A stretch of DNA of 64,000 nt from a candidate division TM6 bacterium GW2011_GWF2_28_16. Its GTDB lineage: Bacteria > Patescibacteriota > Microgenomatia > UBA1400 > PJMF01. The stretch is taken from NCBI GenBank assembly GCA_001029715.1, contig CP011212.1, positions 131,407 through 195,406 on the forward strand, written 5' to 3'. Position numbers and translations under genes: made by a program. Below the pieces are notes generated by a model. It worked only from the letters and a program-made list of their open reading frames with translations. It was not told where the DNA came from and made no database searches. Below are positions 20,408 to 29,798 of this stretch, piece by piece (positions within the stretch are counted from its first letter, which is position 1; each line of letters opens with the position of its first letter).

Positions 20408-22588
20408 ATGAAAGTAAAAAATACTCTCCCCAAAATAAAAATGAAATTCATTGACAGAAAACTGTCTAAGGGCTTGGGGGAGGCAGTAGCCAAGCGTACA
20501 ATTTTGCGTACTAAGGCTGATGGCGAATTAGAAACTTGGGCTGATGTGGCTCATCGTGTGGCTCTTGGTAATTCCTCTTTATTGCCTAAGAAATTTGAAA
20601 AAGATCGTCAAAGTGAATATGAAATTTTGCGCAAACATATTTCTAATGCTTCATTGTTAATGAGTGGTCGCCATCTACAGCATGGTGACGAAACTCAACC
20701 GGGTCGCAACATGGAAGTTTTCACCAACTGCAGCACTGCTTCATCTTCTTTTCTTCTGTTTTATTTACTGCTAAATGGTTCCGGTGTTGGTCGTGCTTAT
20801 GACGATGCTTTAATGGTGGTGGACTGGGACTACATGCCAATTATTCGTTGCGTACTAAGTGAAGATCACGGAGATTTTGTTTGGGGTGATGATGAGAGTG
20901 TCCGTGAAGCTCGTCATAAGTATGAGAATGCTCATTGGTTTGAAATTCCAGATACTAGAGAAGGTTGGGCTCAGGCAGTCGAAAAGATTGAAGAAATGGC
21001 TCATGAGCGCAAATTCAAGAATGATACTTTGATTTTGGATTTTACTAAAGTTCGGCCAAAAGGCTCACCAATTGGTGGTATGCAGGGACGTCCTGCTTCT
21101 GGTCCTCGTCCTTTAATTAAAGCTATTCAGAAACTAGCGACCATCAAAGGTTCAGGCATGAAACCTTGGAAACAAGCTCTTTATGCCGATCACTATTTAT
21201 CTGAATGTGTTCTAGTAGGTGGCGCGCGCCGTGCTGCTCGTATTGCAGTTAAAACTTGGACCGATCCGGATATTTTTGAGTTTATTAGTATCAAAAAAGG
21301 TGGCTTTTTATGGTCAGCTAATAACAGCGTAGCCGTTGATGAGAAATTTTGGAAACAGCGTAGTTTACACTCCATGAAGGTTTTGGATGCTGTAATGCGT
21401 GCTTCTTATTTTGATAAAACTGGCGAGCCAGGTTTTGTGAATCAACATAAATTAGTCCAAAACGATGACGGTTTTGATGGTTATCTTGATGGCAAATATG
21501 CTCAAAGCAAAAAATTTATGCCAATGAAAAAAACAATCAAGATGTTGGCTGAAGTGGCAAAGCATGCTGGAGCAAAATATTACACTCAAATTCCAAATCC
21601 CTGTGGTGAGATTACTTTAAATATGCTGGGTGGTTACTGTGTAATTGCTGATGTGGTACCTTATCATGCTCCTGATGTTGACAGCGCAGAAGAGGCTTTC
21701 CGTGCAGCTACTCGTGCTTTGATGAGAGTTAATACTTACATGGATAGTTTGTATTCTCGCGAGGTTAAAAGAACTAATCGTATTGGTGTTGGCATGACTG
21801 GTATTCATGAATATGCTTGGAATGCTTTTGGTTTAGCTTTCCGCGATCTGATTGATGAAGAAAAGGCCAAAGATTTTTGGATGACCATTGCTCGTTTTAA
21901 ACGCGCCGTCGAAGAAGAATCAGTTAGCTATGCCAAGAAAATTGGTGCGACCGTGCCTCATACTAATACGACTATCAAACCAGCTGGCACAACCTCTAAG
22001 CTTTTTAGTCTTTCTGAGGGTGCTCATTTGCCAGCCATGCGCGAATATATCCGCTGGGTACAATTTCGCGAAGATGATCCTTTGGTTAATAAATATAAAA
22101 AAATGGGTTATCCAATCAAAGAACTCAAGAGTTATCAAGGCACTACCGCAATTGGTTTCCCAACTCAGCCAGAAATTTGTCGTTTGGGCATGAATAATAA
22201 ACTAGTGACTGCTAGCGAAGCAACTCCTGAAGAGCAATACAAATGGTTAATGTTGATAGAAAAATATTGGATTGTGGGTGTTGATGAGAATGGTAAGTCT
22301 TTAGCAGAAGATAAGGGTAACCAGGTTTCTTACACTCTTAAATATGATCCAGAGCAAGTTTCTTATCGTAAATTTTCAAGTATGATTCGCAAATATCAGC
22401 CAATGATTAAAACTTGTAGTGTTATGCCTAAGATTGATGTGACTGCTTATGAATATCAACCCGAAGAAGCAGTGACCATTGGTCAGTTTATGCAGGTGAT
22501 CAATGAAATTAGTGATGATGAGGCTGGCGTGACCGAGGATATTAGTATGGAGCATCTAAAGTGTGACAGCGGTGCTTGTCCTATTTAA
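20408..22588 (+). CDS. nrdJ: Ribonucleoside-triphosphate reductase, class II (adenosylcobalamin-dependent, monomeric NrdJ-like)
   Basis: 726 aa. It carries the RNR active-site motif QIPNPCGEITL (NxCxE with the thiyl-radical Cys). The C-terminal Cys pair HLKCDSGACPI matches the class II reductant-accepting tail. The size matches monomeric class II RTPR. It follows nrdR 4 nt later. Confidence 0.8.
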   Translation: MKVKNTLPKIKMKFIDRKLSKGLGEAVAKRTILRTKADGELETWADVAHRVALGNSSLLPKKFEKDRQSEYEILRKHISNASLLMSGRHLQHGDETQPGRNMEVFTNCSTASSSFLLFYLLLNGSGVGRAYDDALMVVDWDYMPIIRCVLSEDHGDFVWGDDESVREARHKYENAHWFEIPDTREGWAQAVEKIEEMAHERKFKNDTLILDFTKVRPKGSPIGGMQGRPASGPRPLIKAIQKLATIKGSGMKPWKQALYADHYLSECVLVGGARRAARIAVKTWTDPDIFEFISIKKGGFLWSANNSVAVDEKFWKQRSLHSMKVLDAVMRASYFDKTGEPGFVNQHKLVQNDDGFDGYLDGKYAQSKKFMPMKKTIKMLAEVAKHAGAKYYTQIPNPCGEITLNMLGGYCVIADVVPYHAPDVDSAEEAFRAATRALMRVNTYMDSLYSREVKRTNRIGVGMTGIHEYAWNAFGLAFRDLIDEEKAKDFWMTIARFKRAVEEESVSYAKKIGATVPHTNTTIKPAGTTSKLFSLSEGAHLPAMREYIRWVQFREDDPLVNKYKKMGYPIKELKSYQGTTAIGFPTQPEICRLGMNNKLVTASEATPEEQYKWLMLIEKYWIVGVDENGKSLAEDKGNQVSYTLKYDPEQVSYRKFSSMIRKYQPMIKTCSVMPKIDVTAYEYQPEEAVTIGQFMQVINEISDDEAGVTEDISMEHLKCDSGACPI

Positions 22589-22679
22589 TTCGATCAATCT
22601 TTGCACGAGCTTTACTTTTAGTGGAACGTGATTAATTTAACACTTTATGTTTGTATTTCCATGCTAAAATAACGCCACT

Positions 22680-25133
22680 GTGGCTACTAAAAGAAAATAT
22701 AAAATTCTTAAAAAAAATAAATCAAAACAAGAAAAAAATGTTTTAGTAGTCAATCAGCCAGTTAAAAAGTTAAAAGAAATTAAGCGAGGTCGCCCGAAAT
22801 TAGCATTTCACATTAAGTGTCAAAGAACAGTCAAGAAATATTTTCTTAGCATTGATAAAAAAATAAATAAATCAATAAAAAAATTGAATTATCAATATAT
22901 TTCAATTTTAAAATTTCTGAAAATAAAGAAAGGTCGTGGTCGAAAGAAATTAGCATTTTATATTAAATGGCAGCGATTAGTTTTAGACAATCACGAAACT
23001 TTTTTAAAAAATAAAAATAGATTTATCAAAAAATATCATTTTAGAAAACAGCAAGTTCTAAAATTTTTTCATTTAAATAAAAGAGTTGGTAGACCAAAAA
23101 ATAAAGTGCTTCGTTTTACTTATTTTTTCTCTATTTTTCTAACAATTTGTTTTTTAGCTTTTACTTATTTTAGTTATGATATAGCAATTAAAGATTTACC
23201 ATCACCAACAGATTTATCTAATAAAGAACAAAATGTAACTACTAGAATTTTGGATAGAGATGGCAATCTTCTTTACCGAATTTATGAGGATGAAAATCGT
23301 ACTTTAGTTTCTTTACCAATGGTTTCGCAATATCTCAAAGATGCCACTGTTGCTATTGAGGATCAACAGTTCTACAAACACTTTGGCTTTTCTTTTAAAG
23401 GTATTTTCAGAGCTTTGCTTAAAAATTTTTCTGGAGAAACAGTCCAAGGTGGCTCAACTATTACTCAACAATTAATTAAGAATCGTTTGCTTAACAATGA
23501 AAAAACTTACCGTCGCAAAATTCGTGAGCTACTTTTATCACTTATCGCGGAACGTATTTATAGTAAAGATCAAATTCTAGAGATGTATCTAAACACCGTG
23601 GCTTATGGTGGCTCTACTTATGGAATTGAGGAAGCTTCGTGGCGATATTTTAATAAATCCTCTGCGAATTTAAGTTTGGGTGAAGCAGCTTTATTGGCTG
23701 GTTTGCCACAAGCGCCTTCAACTTACACCCCTTTTGGTTCTAATCCAGAGTTGGCTTACACCAGACAGGCAGAGGTTCTGCGTCGTATGGTCGAAGATGG
23801 TTATATTAGTCAACTGCAGGCTGATCAAGCAAAACAAGAAAAATTAGTTTTTAATCAAGATAGAATTGATATTCAAGCTCCTCACTTTGTGATGTATGTA
23901 CGCAAACTTTTGGCAGAGAAGTATGGTGAGGATGTGCTTTCTAAAGGTGGTTTAGAAGTTAGAACTACTCTTGATTTGTCATTGCAAAACCAAGCTCAAA
24001 CAATTGTTAGTAATGAAATTTCCAAACTAACATCTTTCCAGATCAGCAATGGAGCAGCTCTAGTTACTAATCCTAAAACTGGAGAAATTTTAGCGATGGT
24101 AGGAGGAGCAGATTATTATGATTTTATTCACGATGGACAAGTTAATGTGACTATTAGACCACGCCAACCAGGTTCTTCAATTAAACCCTTAACTTATGCA
24201 ACTGCTTTTGAACAAGGTAAAACTGCTGCTTCAACTATTGAGGACTCGCCAGTAATTTACCAAATTCCTGGCAGTAAGCCTTATGCTCCTAAAAACTATG
24301 ATGGTAAATTTCATGGTAAAGTAACTTTGAGAGATGCTTTGGCTTCTTCTTATAATATTCCAGCAGTTAAGCTTTTGGCTGAGCTAGGCGTTAAAAATCT
24401 TATTGATAAAGGTGAAGCTTTGGGAATTAGTACTTGGCAGGATCGCAGTCGTTTTGGTCTATCTCTAACTCTTGGAGCTGGAGAAGTTTTGATGACCGAC
24501 ATGGCTGAACTTTACAGTAGCTTTGCTAACCTTGGCTATCCGGTTTCAGTTAATCCATTTTTGGAAATTTCCAACTATAAAGGAGAAATACTTTATCGCA
24601 ATAGTTGTGCTTTGGATAGTGATAATTGCTATGAGGATTTAGAACTTAGTCCAAAAGCTGCTTATCTAGTTACTGACATTTTATCTGATAATAAAGCGCG
24701 TTCTGCTGCTTTTGGAGCGTTTTCAGTGCTGAACATTCCTTTGCAGCAAGTAGCGGTCAAAACAGGCACCACTAACAGCATGAAAGACAACTGGACGATT
24801 GGTTATATCAGCGACCGCTTAGTGGCTACTTGGGTAGGCAATAATGATAACACCCCAATGAGCTATGTCGCTTCTGGTATTACTGGAGCTTCACCGATTT
24901 GGAATAAAATTATGCTGCTTTTATTAGATGACAAGAGCCCGCATAAATTTGCTGTGCCAGAAAATATGATTAAGGTTAAAATCTGTGCCAGTACCGGTAC
25001 TTTGCCATGTAGTGCTTGCCCTAGGATTAGTGAAGAGATTTTTGTTAAGGGCACGGAGCCACAAAAGGCTTGTAACGATCAGTATTTCATTGATCTTAAA
25101 ACTGCAGAAAATTCAGTTGGACAAGTTTTATAA
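22680..25133 (+). CDS. Penicillin-binding protein 1A family paralog with a K/R-rich repeated cytoplasmic N-terminal extension
   Basis: A probable GTG start. GT51 motifs are present: ATVAIEDQQFYKHFGF, GGSTITQQLIKN and RKIRELLLS. The transpeptidase motifs PGSSIKP and KTGTT are also present. The N-terminal 150 aa contain repeats RGRPKLAFHIKCQR / RGRKKLAFYIKWQR / RVGRPKNKVLRF before the TM. Confidence 0.85.
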   Translation: MATKRKYKILKKNKSKQEKNVLVVNQPVKKLKEIKRGRPKLAFHIKCQRTVKKYFLSIDKKINKSIKKLNYQYISILKFLKIKKGRGRKKLAFYIKWQRLVLDNHETFLKNKNRFIKKYHFRKQQVLKFFHLNKRVGRPKNKVLRFTYFFSIFLTICFLAFTYFSYDIAIKDLPSPTDLSNKEQNVTTRILDRDGNLLYRIYEDENRTLVSLPMVSQYLKDATVAIEDQQFYKHFGFSFKGIFRALLKNFSGETVQGGSTITQQLIKNRLLNNEKTYRRKIRELLLSLIAERIYSKDQILEMYLNTVAYGGSTYGIEEASWRYFNKSSANLSLGEAALLAGLPQAPSTYTPFGSNPELAYTRQAEVLRRMVEDGYISQLQADQAKQEKLVFNQDRIDIQAPHFVMYVRKLLAEKYGEDVLSKGGLEVRTTLDLSLQNQAQTIVSNEISKLTSFQISNGAALVTNPKTGEILAMVGGADYYDFIHDGQVNVTIRPRQPGSSIKPLTYATAFEQGKTAASTIEDSPVIYQIPGSKPYAPKNYDGKFHGKVTLRDALASSYNIPAVKLLAELGVKNLIDKGEALGISTWQDRSRFGLSLTLGAGEVLMTDMAELYSSFANLGYPVSVNPFLEISNYKGEILYRNSCALDSDNCYEDLELSPKAAYLVTDILSDNKARSAAFGAFSVLNIPLQQVAVKTGTTNSMKDNWTIGYISDRLVATWVGNNDNTPMSYVASGITGASPIWNKIMLLLLDDKSPHKFAVPENMIKVKICASTGTLPCSACPRISEEIFVKGTEPQKACNDQYFIDLKTAENSVGQVL

Positions 25134-25141
25134 AGTTTTTA

Positions 25142-25348
25142 TTAATTAAAAATTATAGAAACAAGAAAACCTAGTAAGAGAGTAATAATAAGCAAAAGTG
25201 GTGCCACCCATCTCTGACTCAATTCTTCTTTTTCAGTTTTATTTTGTCGTTTTTTGCTTTGTTTGGCTAGATAAGCTTTTTCAATACGCTCTGTATTTTT
25301 AGCGACATCTCTAATTAGTTCTGGATCTTGTTGGTAATTTTTCCCCAT
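25142..25348 (-). CDS. Hypothetical small tail-anchored membrane protein
   Basis: 68 aa. It has a basic, charged N-terminus and a C-terminal TM (WVAPLLLIITLLLGFLVSIIF). It is tightly packed downstream of cmk. Confidence 0.35.
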   Translation of the reverse strand: MGKNYQQDPELIRDVAKNTERIEKAYLAKQSKKRQNKTEKEELSQRWVAPLLLIITLLLGFLVSIIFN

Positions 25349-25350
25349 TT

Positions 25351-26046
25351 TTAATCTCTGAGCTCATCAACTCTTTTAGCAATTAAGTCGACTACTTCGT
25401 CAATTTCTAGTTTGCTGGTGTCCACGAGCCAAGCCTCAGGAACAACTTGCAGTGGATCGTTTGTTCTATTACTATCTCTCAAATCTCTTTCTTTTATTTC
25501 TTTGGTTACTTCTTCAATAGAAGTATTTGTTCCTTTAATTAGGTATTGAGTATGTCTTCTTGCAACTCTAGCTTCAATGCTGGCAGTTAAAAATATTTTT
25601 AAATTTGCATCTGGAAGGACACGGAAAGTGATGTCTCTACCTTCCATAACTACATTTTGTTTAGTAGCTATTTCTTGTTGTTTCTTGACAAGTACTTTTC
25701 TTAGTTTTTTCAAAACTGCCACTTTGGAAGATCCTTCGCTGCATTTTTGAGTACGAATAGCCCAAGAAACATCTTCACCATCTAAAATGACCGTGGTTAA
25801 TCGACCATCAGTTTCTTTTGGAGGGAGTGGGTTTCTCATTTCTAGTTTACTTTTTTCGAGCAAAGCAACAACCTTATCTTCTTCACTAAAATCAACTCCG
25901 TTTCTAATGGCTAGTAGGGCGGCAACTCGATACATAGCTCCAGTGTCGACGTAAAGAAAACCTAACTTTTGAGCAAGTAGGCGAGAAACGGTCCCTTTGC
26001 CAGCAGCAACTGGACCATCGATAGCAATTTGAAAAAAATCACTCAT
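25351..26046 (-). CDS. cmk: Cytidylate kinase (bacterial type)
   Basis: It begins IAIDGPVAAGKGTVSRLLAQKLGFLYVDTGAMYR, which carries the canonical Cmk P-loop and NMP-binding motifs. Confidence 0.9.
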   Translation of the reverse strand: MSDFFQIAIDGPVAAGKGTVSRLLAQKLGFLYVDTGAMYRVAALLAIRNGVDFSEEDKVVALLEKSKLEMRNPLPPKETDGRLTTVILDGEDVSWAIRTQKCSEGSSKVAVLKKLRKVLVKKQQEIATKQNVVMEGRDITFRVLPDANLKIFLTASIEARVARRHTQYLIKGTNTSIEEVTKEIKERDLRDSNRTNDPLQVVPEAWLVDTSKLEIDEVVDLIAKRVDELRD

Positions 26047-26048
26047 GA

Positions 26049-26279
26049 TTATTTTCTAGAGGTTTTTTTCTTTTTACTGTCAGTTTTTTTAACTTTTGGC
26101 TTTTTTATTTCAGTTAGCCATTCTTCTCTGTCAGAGGTAATTAGACCACCTAGTCCAACTACTACTAAGATAAGAGGCCATAGATTCCAAAAGGCTTTTG
26201 GCAAATAACCAAGATTGGAAGCCATAAAGATGAGTCCCATAATTACTAGAGTGATTGGCCAAAAAGTTCGTTTAGGCAT
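26049..26279 (-). CDS. Hypothetical small membrane protein (2 TM, Lys-rich C-terminus)
   Basis: 76 aa. The hydrophobic segments are FWPITLVIMGLIFMASNLGYL and LWPLILVVVGLGGLI, followed by a KKPKVKKTDSKKKKTSRK tail. Confidence 0.4.
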   Translation of the reverse strand: MPKRTFWPITLVIMGLIFMASNLGYLPKAFWNLWPLILVVVGLGGLITSDREEWLTEIKKPKVKKTDSKKKKTSRK

Positions 26280-26321
26280 TTTTGATTTTCCTTATAGTTT
26301 AATTAAAGCGTAAATTTATTC

Positions 26322-26771
26322 TTAGGACAAGTGTACTTTTTTGTTTTCGCTGTCTAATTCTCTTTTCAAATCTCTTTTTTTAATTGTTTCTCTTTTTTCA
26401 AACTCTTTTTTACCTTTAGCTAAAGCGAGTTCCAATTTAATTCTGTTGTGAGAAATAAAGAAAGTGAGAGGAACAATGGCAAAGCCTTTTTGTTTACTAG
26501 CTTCGACAAGCGCTTCTACTTCACTTTTTTTAAGCAACAGTTTGCGAGATCTTTTTGGATCGTAATCTTCTTGTTTCGCAAAAGAGTAGGCGTTAATTTG
26601 TGAGTTGATGAGAAAAAGCTCGCCTCCAATTTCCTTGATGTAGCTGCCATTTAGACTAGCTTGTTTAAGACGAAGACTTTTGACTTCGCTCCCACTTAAA
26701 ACAAGACCAGCAATAAATTTTTTGCTGATGGTGTATTCGTACTGGGCTTTTTTATTAAAAACGAGTGACAT
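26322..26771 (-). CDS. smpB: SsrA-binding protein SmpB
   Basis: 149 aa. It has NKKAQYEY.I...F.AG..L.G.EVKSLR...ASL..SY and a basic C-terminal tail, which fits the SmpB family pattern. Confidence 0.9.
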   Translation of the reverse strand: MSLVFNKKAQYEYTISKKFIAGLVLSGSEVKSLRLKQASLNGSYIKEIGGELFLINSQINAYSFAKQEDYDPKRSRKLLLKKSEVEALVEASKQKGFAIVPLTFFISHNRIKLELALAKGKKEFEKRETIKKRDLKRELDSENKKVHLS

Positions 26772-26799
26772 TTATAAGCTTCATTTTAGCATTGAAGGC

Positions 26800-28590
26800 T
26801 TAGATTTCTACTTCATAAATCACTGAGCCACTCACGGCGTAGATTTTTGTGCCATCTTCGTTAAAAGCGATACTGCTCACTCCAGCCAATTCATTACTTT
26901 TAATTTCGCTGATTAATTGACCATCTTTGGTGAGAATTAATAATCTTTTGTTTTGTTTTTCTAAGATTGCCAAAGAATTAATTTGGTCATTAGCGCTGAG
27001 AATAATTTGGTTATTTGGCAAATTTTCTAAGCCTTTGATGGAAAATTCAGCAGTTGAGCCTTTAGTGAATTTAAGCAAATTGCCACTTTTAAAAGCCATC
27101 CACAAATCTCCATCTACTATTAGGTCGCTAACATTTTCAAAATTAATACCTTGTTTGTCAACCAACCAACCAATTGGCTCGCTCAATTCTTCATCTTTGT
27201 AATAGTAGCGATAAATGTTTCTTTTTTCTTTATTTAATAAGTATAGGTATGGGCCAAAACTAGACAAAAACTCGCCAGTTTTATCTGATTCGCCCTCTGC
27301 TTTTATTTCTCTGAAGCCACTCTCGGGTTTTGCCAAATCAAGAATTTTGATGCCATTACTTAGAACAAATAAATTGCCTTCACTAACAGTAAAATCTCTA
27401 ATTAGATCTGAGCCTTCTACTTTAATTCTCGATTGAGAATCGTCAGTTTTGATATGTAAAATTTCTTGACTATTATTTTCTAGGGCAAAAATTTCGCCAT
27501 TTTTGAATTCAATTTTGTTGGCTAAAAAATCATTTAAGTTGTAAGCAACGGAGAGTTGATCTAGAGAATTTTCTCCAGAAATTCTTTCAATTAATTGATT
27601 CAAGCGTTCAATTTCTGCATCAATTAGTTTAAGACTGTCTTTGTTATTTTTTTCTTGTTTTAGATTTTCCACCGCCTGTAAACTTTTTTGGGCATTCTCT
27701 CTAGCACTGATGGGTTGTTCAAGAAGCAATTGTTCAATATCATTTGTATTGCGACTAATTTCTGTGATTTGTTTTTCTATATTAGTGACAATTTTTTGAT
27801 TTTGATTTCTGCTAACCGTTGCCGTGGTGAAAATAATGGCAACAGCTCCACAAATTACAAGAAATGTAATTAGTAATTTCTTTTTATCTTGTTTTTTTAA
27901 TATGTAAATAATTTTATTTGAAAATTTTAGAATTTTTTTTAGAAAAACTGGAATTTTTTTAAGTAAATATTTTAATTGCCAAATCTTTAAAACAACTTTC
28001 TTGAAATCAAATTTTTCTTTTGCTACTTCGTCTTCTTGTTCAATGTAAGTTAAGAAAGCCAAGCTTGTTTCAAGATTGCCATTTTCTCCTTGTAAGAGAG
28101 TGCTGTCACTAATTAATTTTTCTAGACTGACTCCTTTTTCAAGCATTTCCATGACGAAGCTACTAATTAGACTTGAAGATTTGTTTATCAAGATAATTTG
28201 GTCATTTCCTTTGAAATTACCGGTCACAATCTTGACTTCTTTGTTGCTGGCTAGAATTTTTCTAGCTTGGTCATTTCTTTTAAGAATAACCTCTCCAGAA
28301 TAAGTGGCGAAAATTATGCCCTCTGTTTTTAATAGACTGAGAGAAAATTCTAAATCAAGTTTTTGTTCTCTGACAAAACTAAGTAAGTCTAGAATTTTTT
28401 GGTGGAGTTGTTCTGGATTTTCGATTTGCCAAGTTAAAAATTCAGCTGTTAGATCTTTGCAGAAGCCAGTCGCGTCTTGACCCTTAAGAGAGAAAGCGAT
28501 ACATAGCTGTTTATTTTGACTTGAAACGACTTCGCTACAGAAGTCTAAGCGAGGATGAGCTAAGATTGATACAAATTGAGCCTCTTTCAC
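26800..28590 (-). CDS. Hypothetical bitopic membrane protein. It has a cytoplasmic N-domain, a TM, an extracellular coiled-coil and a beta-propeller-like C-terminus.
   Basis: 596 aa. It has a single TM near residue 230 (LLITFLVICGAVAIIFTTATV). The downstream region is rich in heptads. The C-terminal 250 aa are beta-rich with repeated hydrophobic/Gly/Asp patterns. No catalytic motif was recognised. Confidence 0.55.
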   Translation of the reverse strand: MKEAQFVSILAHPRLDFCSEVVSSQNKQLCIAFSLKGQDATGFCKDLTAEFLTWQIENPEQLHQKILDLLSFVREQKLDLEFSLSLLKTEGIIFATYSGEVILKRNDQARKILASNKEVKIVTGNFKGNDQIILINKSSSLISSFVMEMLEKGVSLEKLISDSTLLQGENGNLETSLAFLTYIEQEDEVAKEKFDFKKVVLKIWQLKYLLKKIPVFLKKILKFSNKIIYILKKQDKKKLLITFLVICGAVAIIFTTATVSRNQNQKIVTNIEKQITEISRNTNDIEQLLLEQPISARENAQKSLQAVENLKQEKNNKDSLKLIDAEIERLNQLIERISGENSLDQLSVAYNLNDFLANKIEFKNGEIFALENNSQEILHIKTDDSQSRIKVEGSDLIRDFTVSEGNLFVLSNGIKILDLAKPESGFREIKAEGESDKTGEFLSSFGPYLYLLNKEKRNIYRYYYKDEELSEPIGWLVDKQGINFENVSDLIVDGDLWMAFKSGNLLKFTKGSTAEFSIKGLENLPNNQIILSANDQINSLAILEKQNKRLLILTKDGQLISEIKSNELAGVSSIAFNEDGTKIYAVSGSVIYEVEI

Positions 28591-28613
28591 TGAGTCTATC
28601 TTAGCATAGCTTT

Positions 28614-29798
28614 TTAAATTCCCAAATTTGGTTTTCTGTCTAGATCGTTCTTTTTAGCATCATCTTTAGCAAACTCACCTCTAGCAAATTTAAAACTAGC
28701 CACTAAGCCAATCATGGCAGCATTGTCACCACAGAGTTTTTTGCTGTAAGGCACTTTGAGTTCAATTCTTTTGCCACTTAATTGTTGGTATTTACGTAAA
28801 AGTTTTCTAATTTTGCTACGCAAATTAGTATTGGCGGCTACGCCGCCTCCAAGCCAAATCTGTTCGATTTCGCTTGGTATAATTTGATCTTTATCTAGGT
28901 GTTTCATGAAGTTTCGATCAGGATAGAGGTGCTTACTAAGATCTGGACTAAATAGAATTCTTTCCAATTTGTAAATAATCTGCTCAAAAACAGCCTCCTG
29001 TAGTGCCAAAGCTAAATCATAGATTGCTTGTTTATCTAACTTCTTCTTTTTTTCTAGATCAGCAATCAAATTGCGAGCGGAAGTTTTTAGTCCTGAAAAG
29101 CTTAAATCAAAATTAGCCTGTGAGGTCATTGCTTTTGGAAAAGTAAACTTACTAAGATGACCTTTTTTAGCGAATTTTTCCATTAGTGGGCCAGCTGGAT
29201 AACCAAGATTTAATAGACGGCCAACTTTATCTAAACATTCGCCTGCCGCATCATCAATAGTTTGACCAAGTTTTTGGTAGTGGCCGATTTTGTCTATCAG
29301 AATAAATTCGCTGTGTCCGCCAGAAATAACTAATGCTAGGGCTGGCAGATTTTTTTCTAGTTCGGATTTTTTTTCGCCATTTTCGCCATTAGCAAGTGCT
29401 AGAGGTGAAAGGGCATGAGCCTCAATATGATTAACGGCGATCAGTTTTTTTCCGTATTTAAACGCCAACTCTTTAGCTTTTTCAATGCCAACTTCCAGTG
29501 CTGGAGCAAGACCTGGTCCCACGGTAACAGCAATCGCATCGATTTCCATCCAAGAAACTTTAGCTTGTTTCATCGCTAAATTAATGGCAGGATCAATGTT
29601 TTCTTTATGTGCTTGTTTTGCGAGAGTAGGAAAAACTCCACCATATTTTTTGTGAATTTGGTTTTGTGAAGCGACTATATTACTTAGCACAACTTTGCCC
29701 TCAACAATGGCGGCGCTACTATCATCACAGCTGGTATCAATGGCTAAAATTTTAGGCATTGTTTCCAATCTGAATTTTTCTTTGACCATTTTCTTCAC
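28614..29798 (-). CDS. tsaD: tRNA N6-adenosine threonylcarbamoyltransferase TsaD (Kae1/Gcp family), with insertions
   Basis: It has ILAIDTSCDDSSAAIV, GVFP..A...H and the AVTVGPGLAPALEVG motifs of the Kae1/TsaD/Qri7 family. At 394 aa it is longer than typical TsaD (about 340 aa). It overlaps the upstream tsaC-tsaE fusion by 47 nt. Confidence 0.9.
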   Translation of the reverse strand: MKKMVKEKFRLETMPKILAIDTSCDDSSAAIVEGKVVLSNIVASQNQIHKKYGGVFPTLAKQAHKENIDPAINLAMKQAKVSWMEIDAIAVTVGPGLAPALEVGIEKAKELAFKYGKKLIAVNHIEAHALSPLALANGENGEKKSELEKNLPALALVISGGHSEFILIDKIGHYQKLGQTIDDAAGECLDKVGRLLNLGYPAGPLMEKFAKKGHLSKFTFPKAMTSQANFDLSFSGLKTSARNLIADLEKKKKLDKQAIYDLALALQEAVFEQIIYKLERILFSPDLSKHLYPDRNFMKHLDKDQIIPSEIEQIWLGGGVAANTNLRSKIRKLLRKYQQLSGKRIELKVPYSKKLCGDNAAMIGLVASFKFARGEFAKDDAKKNDLDRKPNLGI

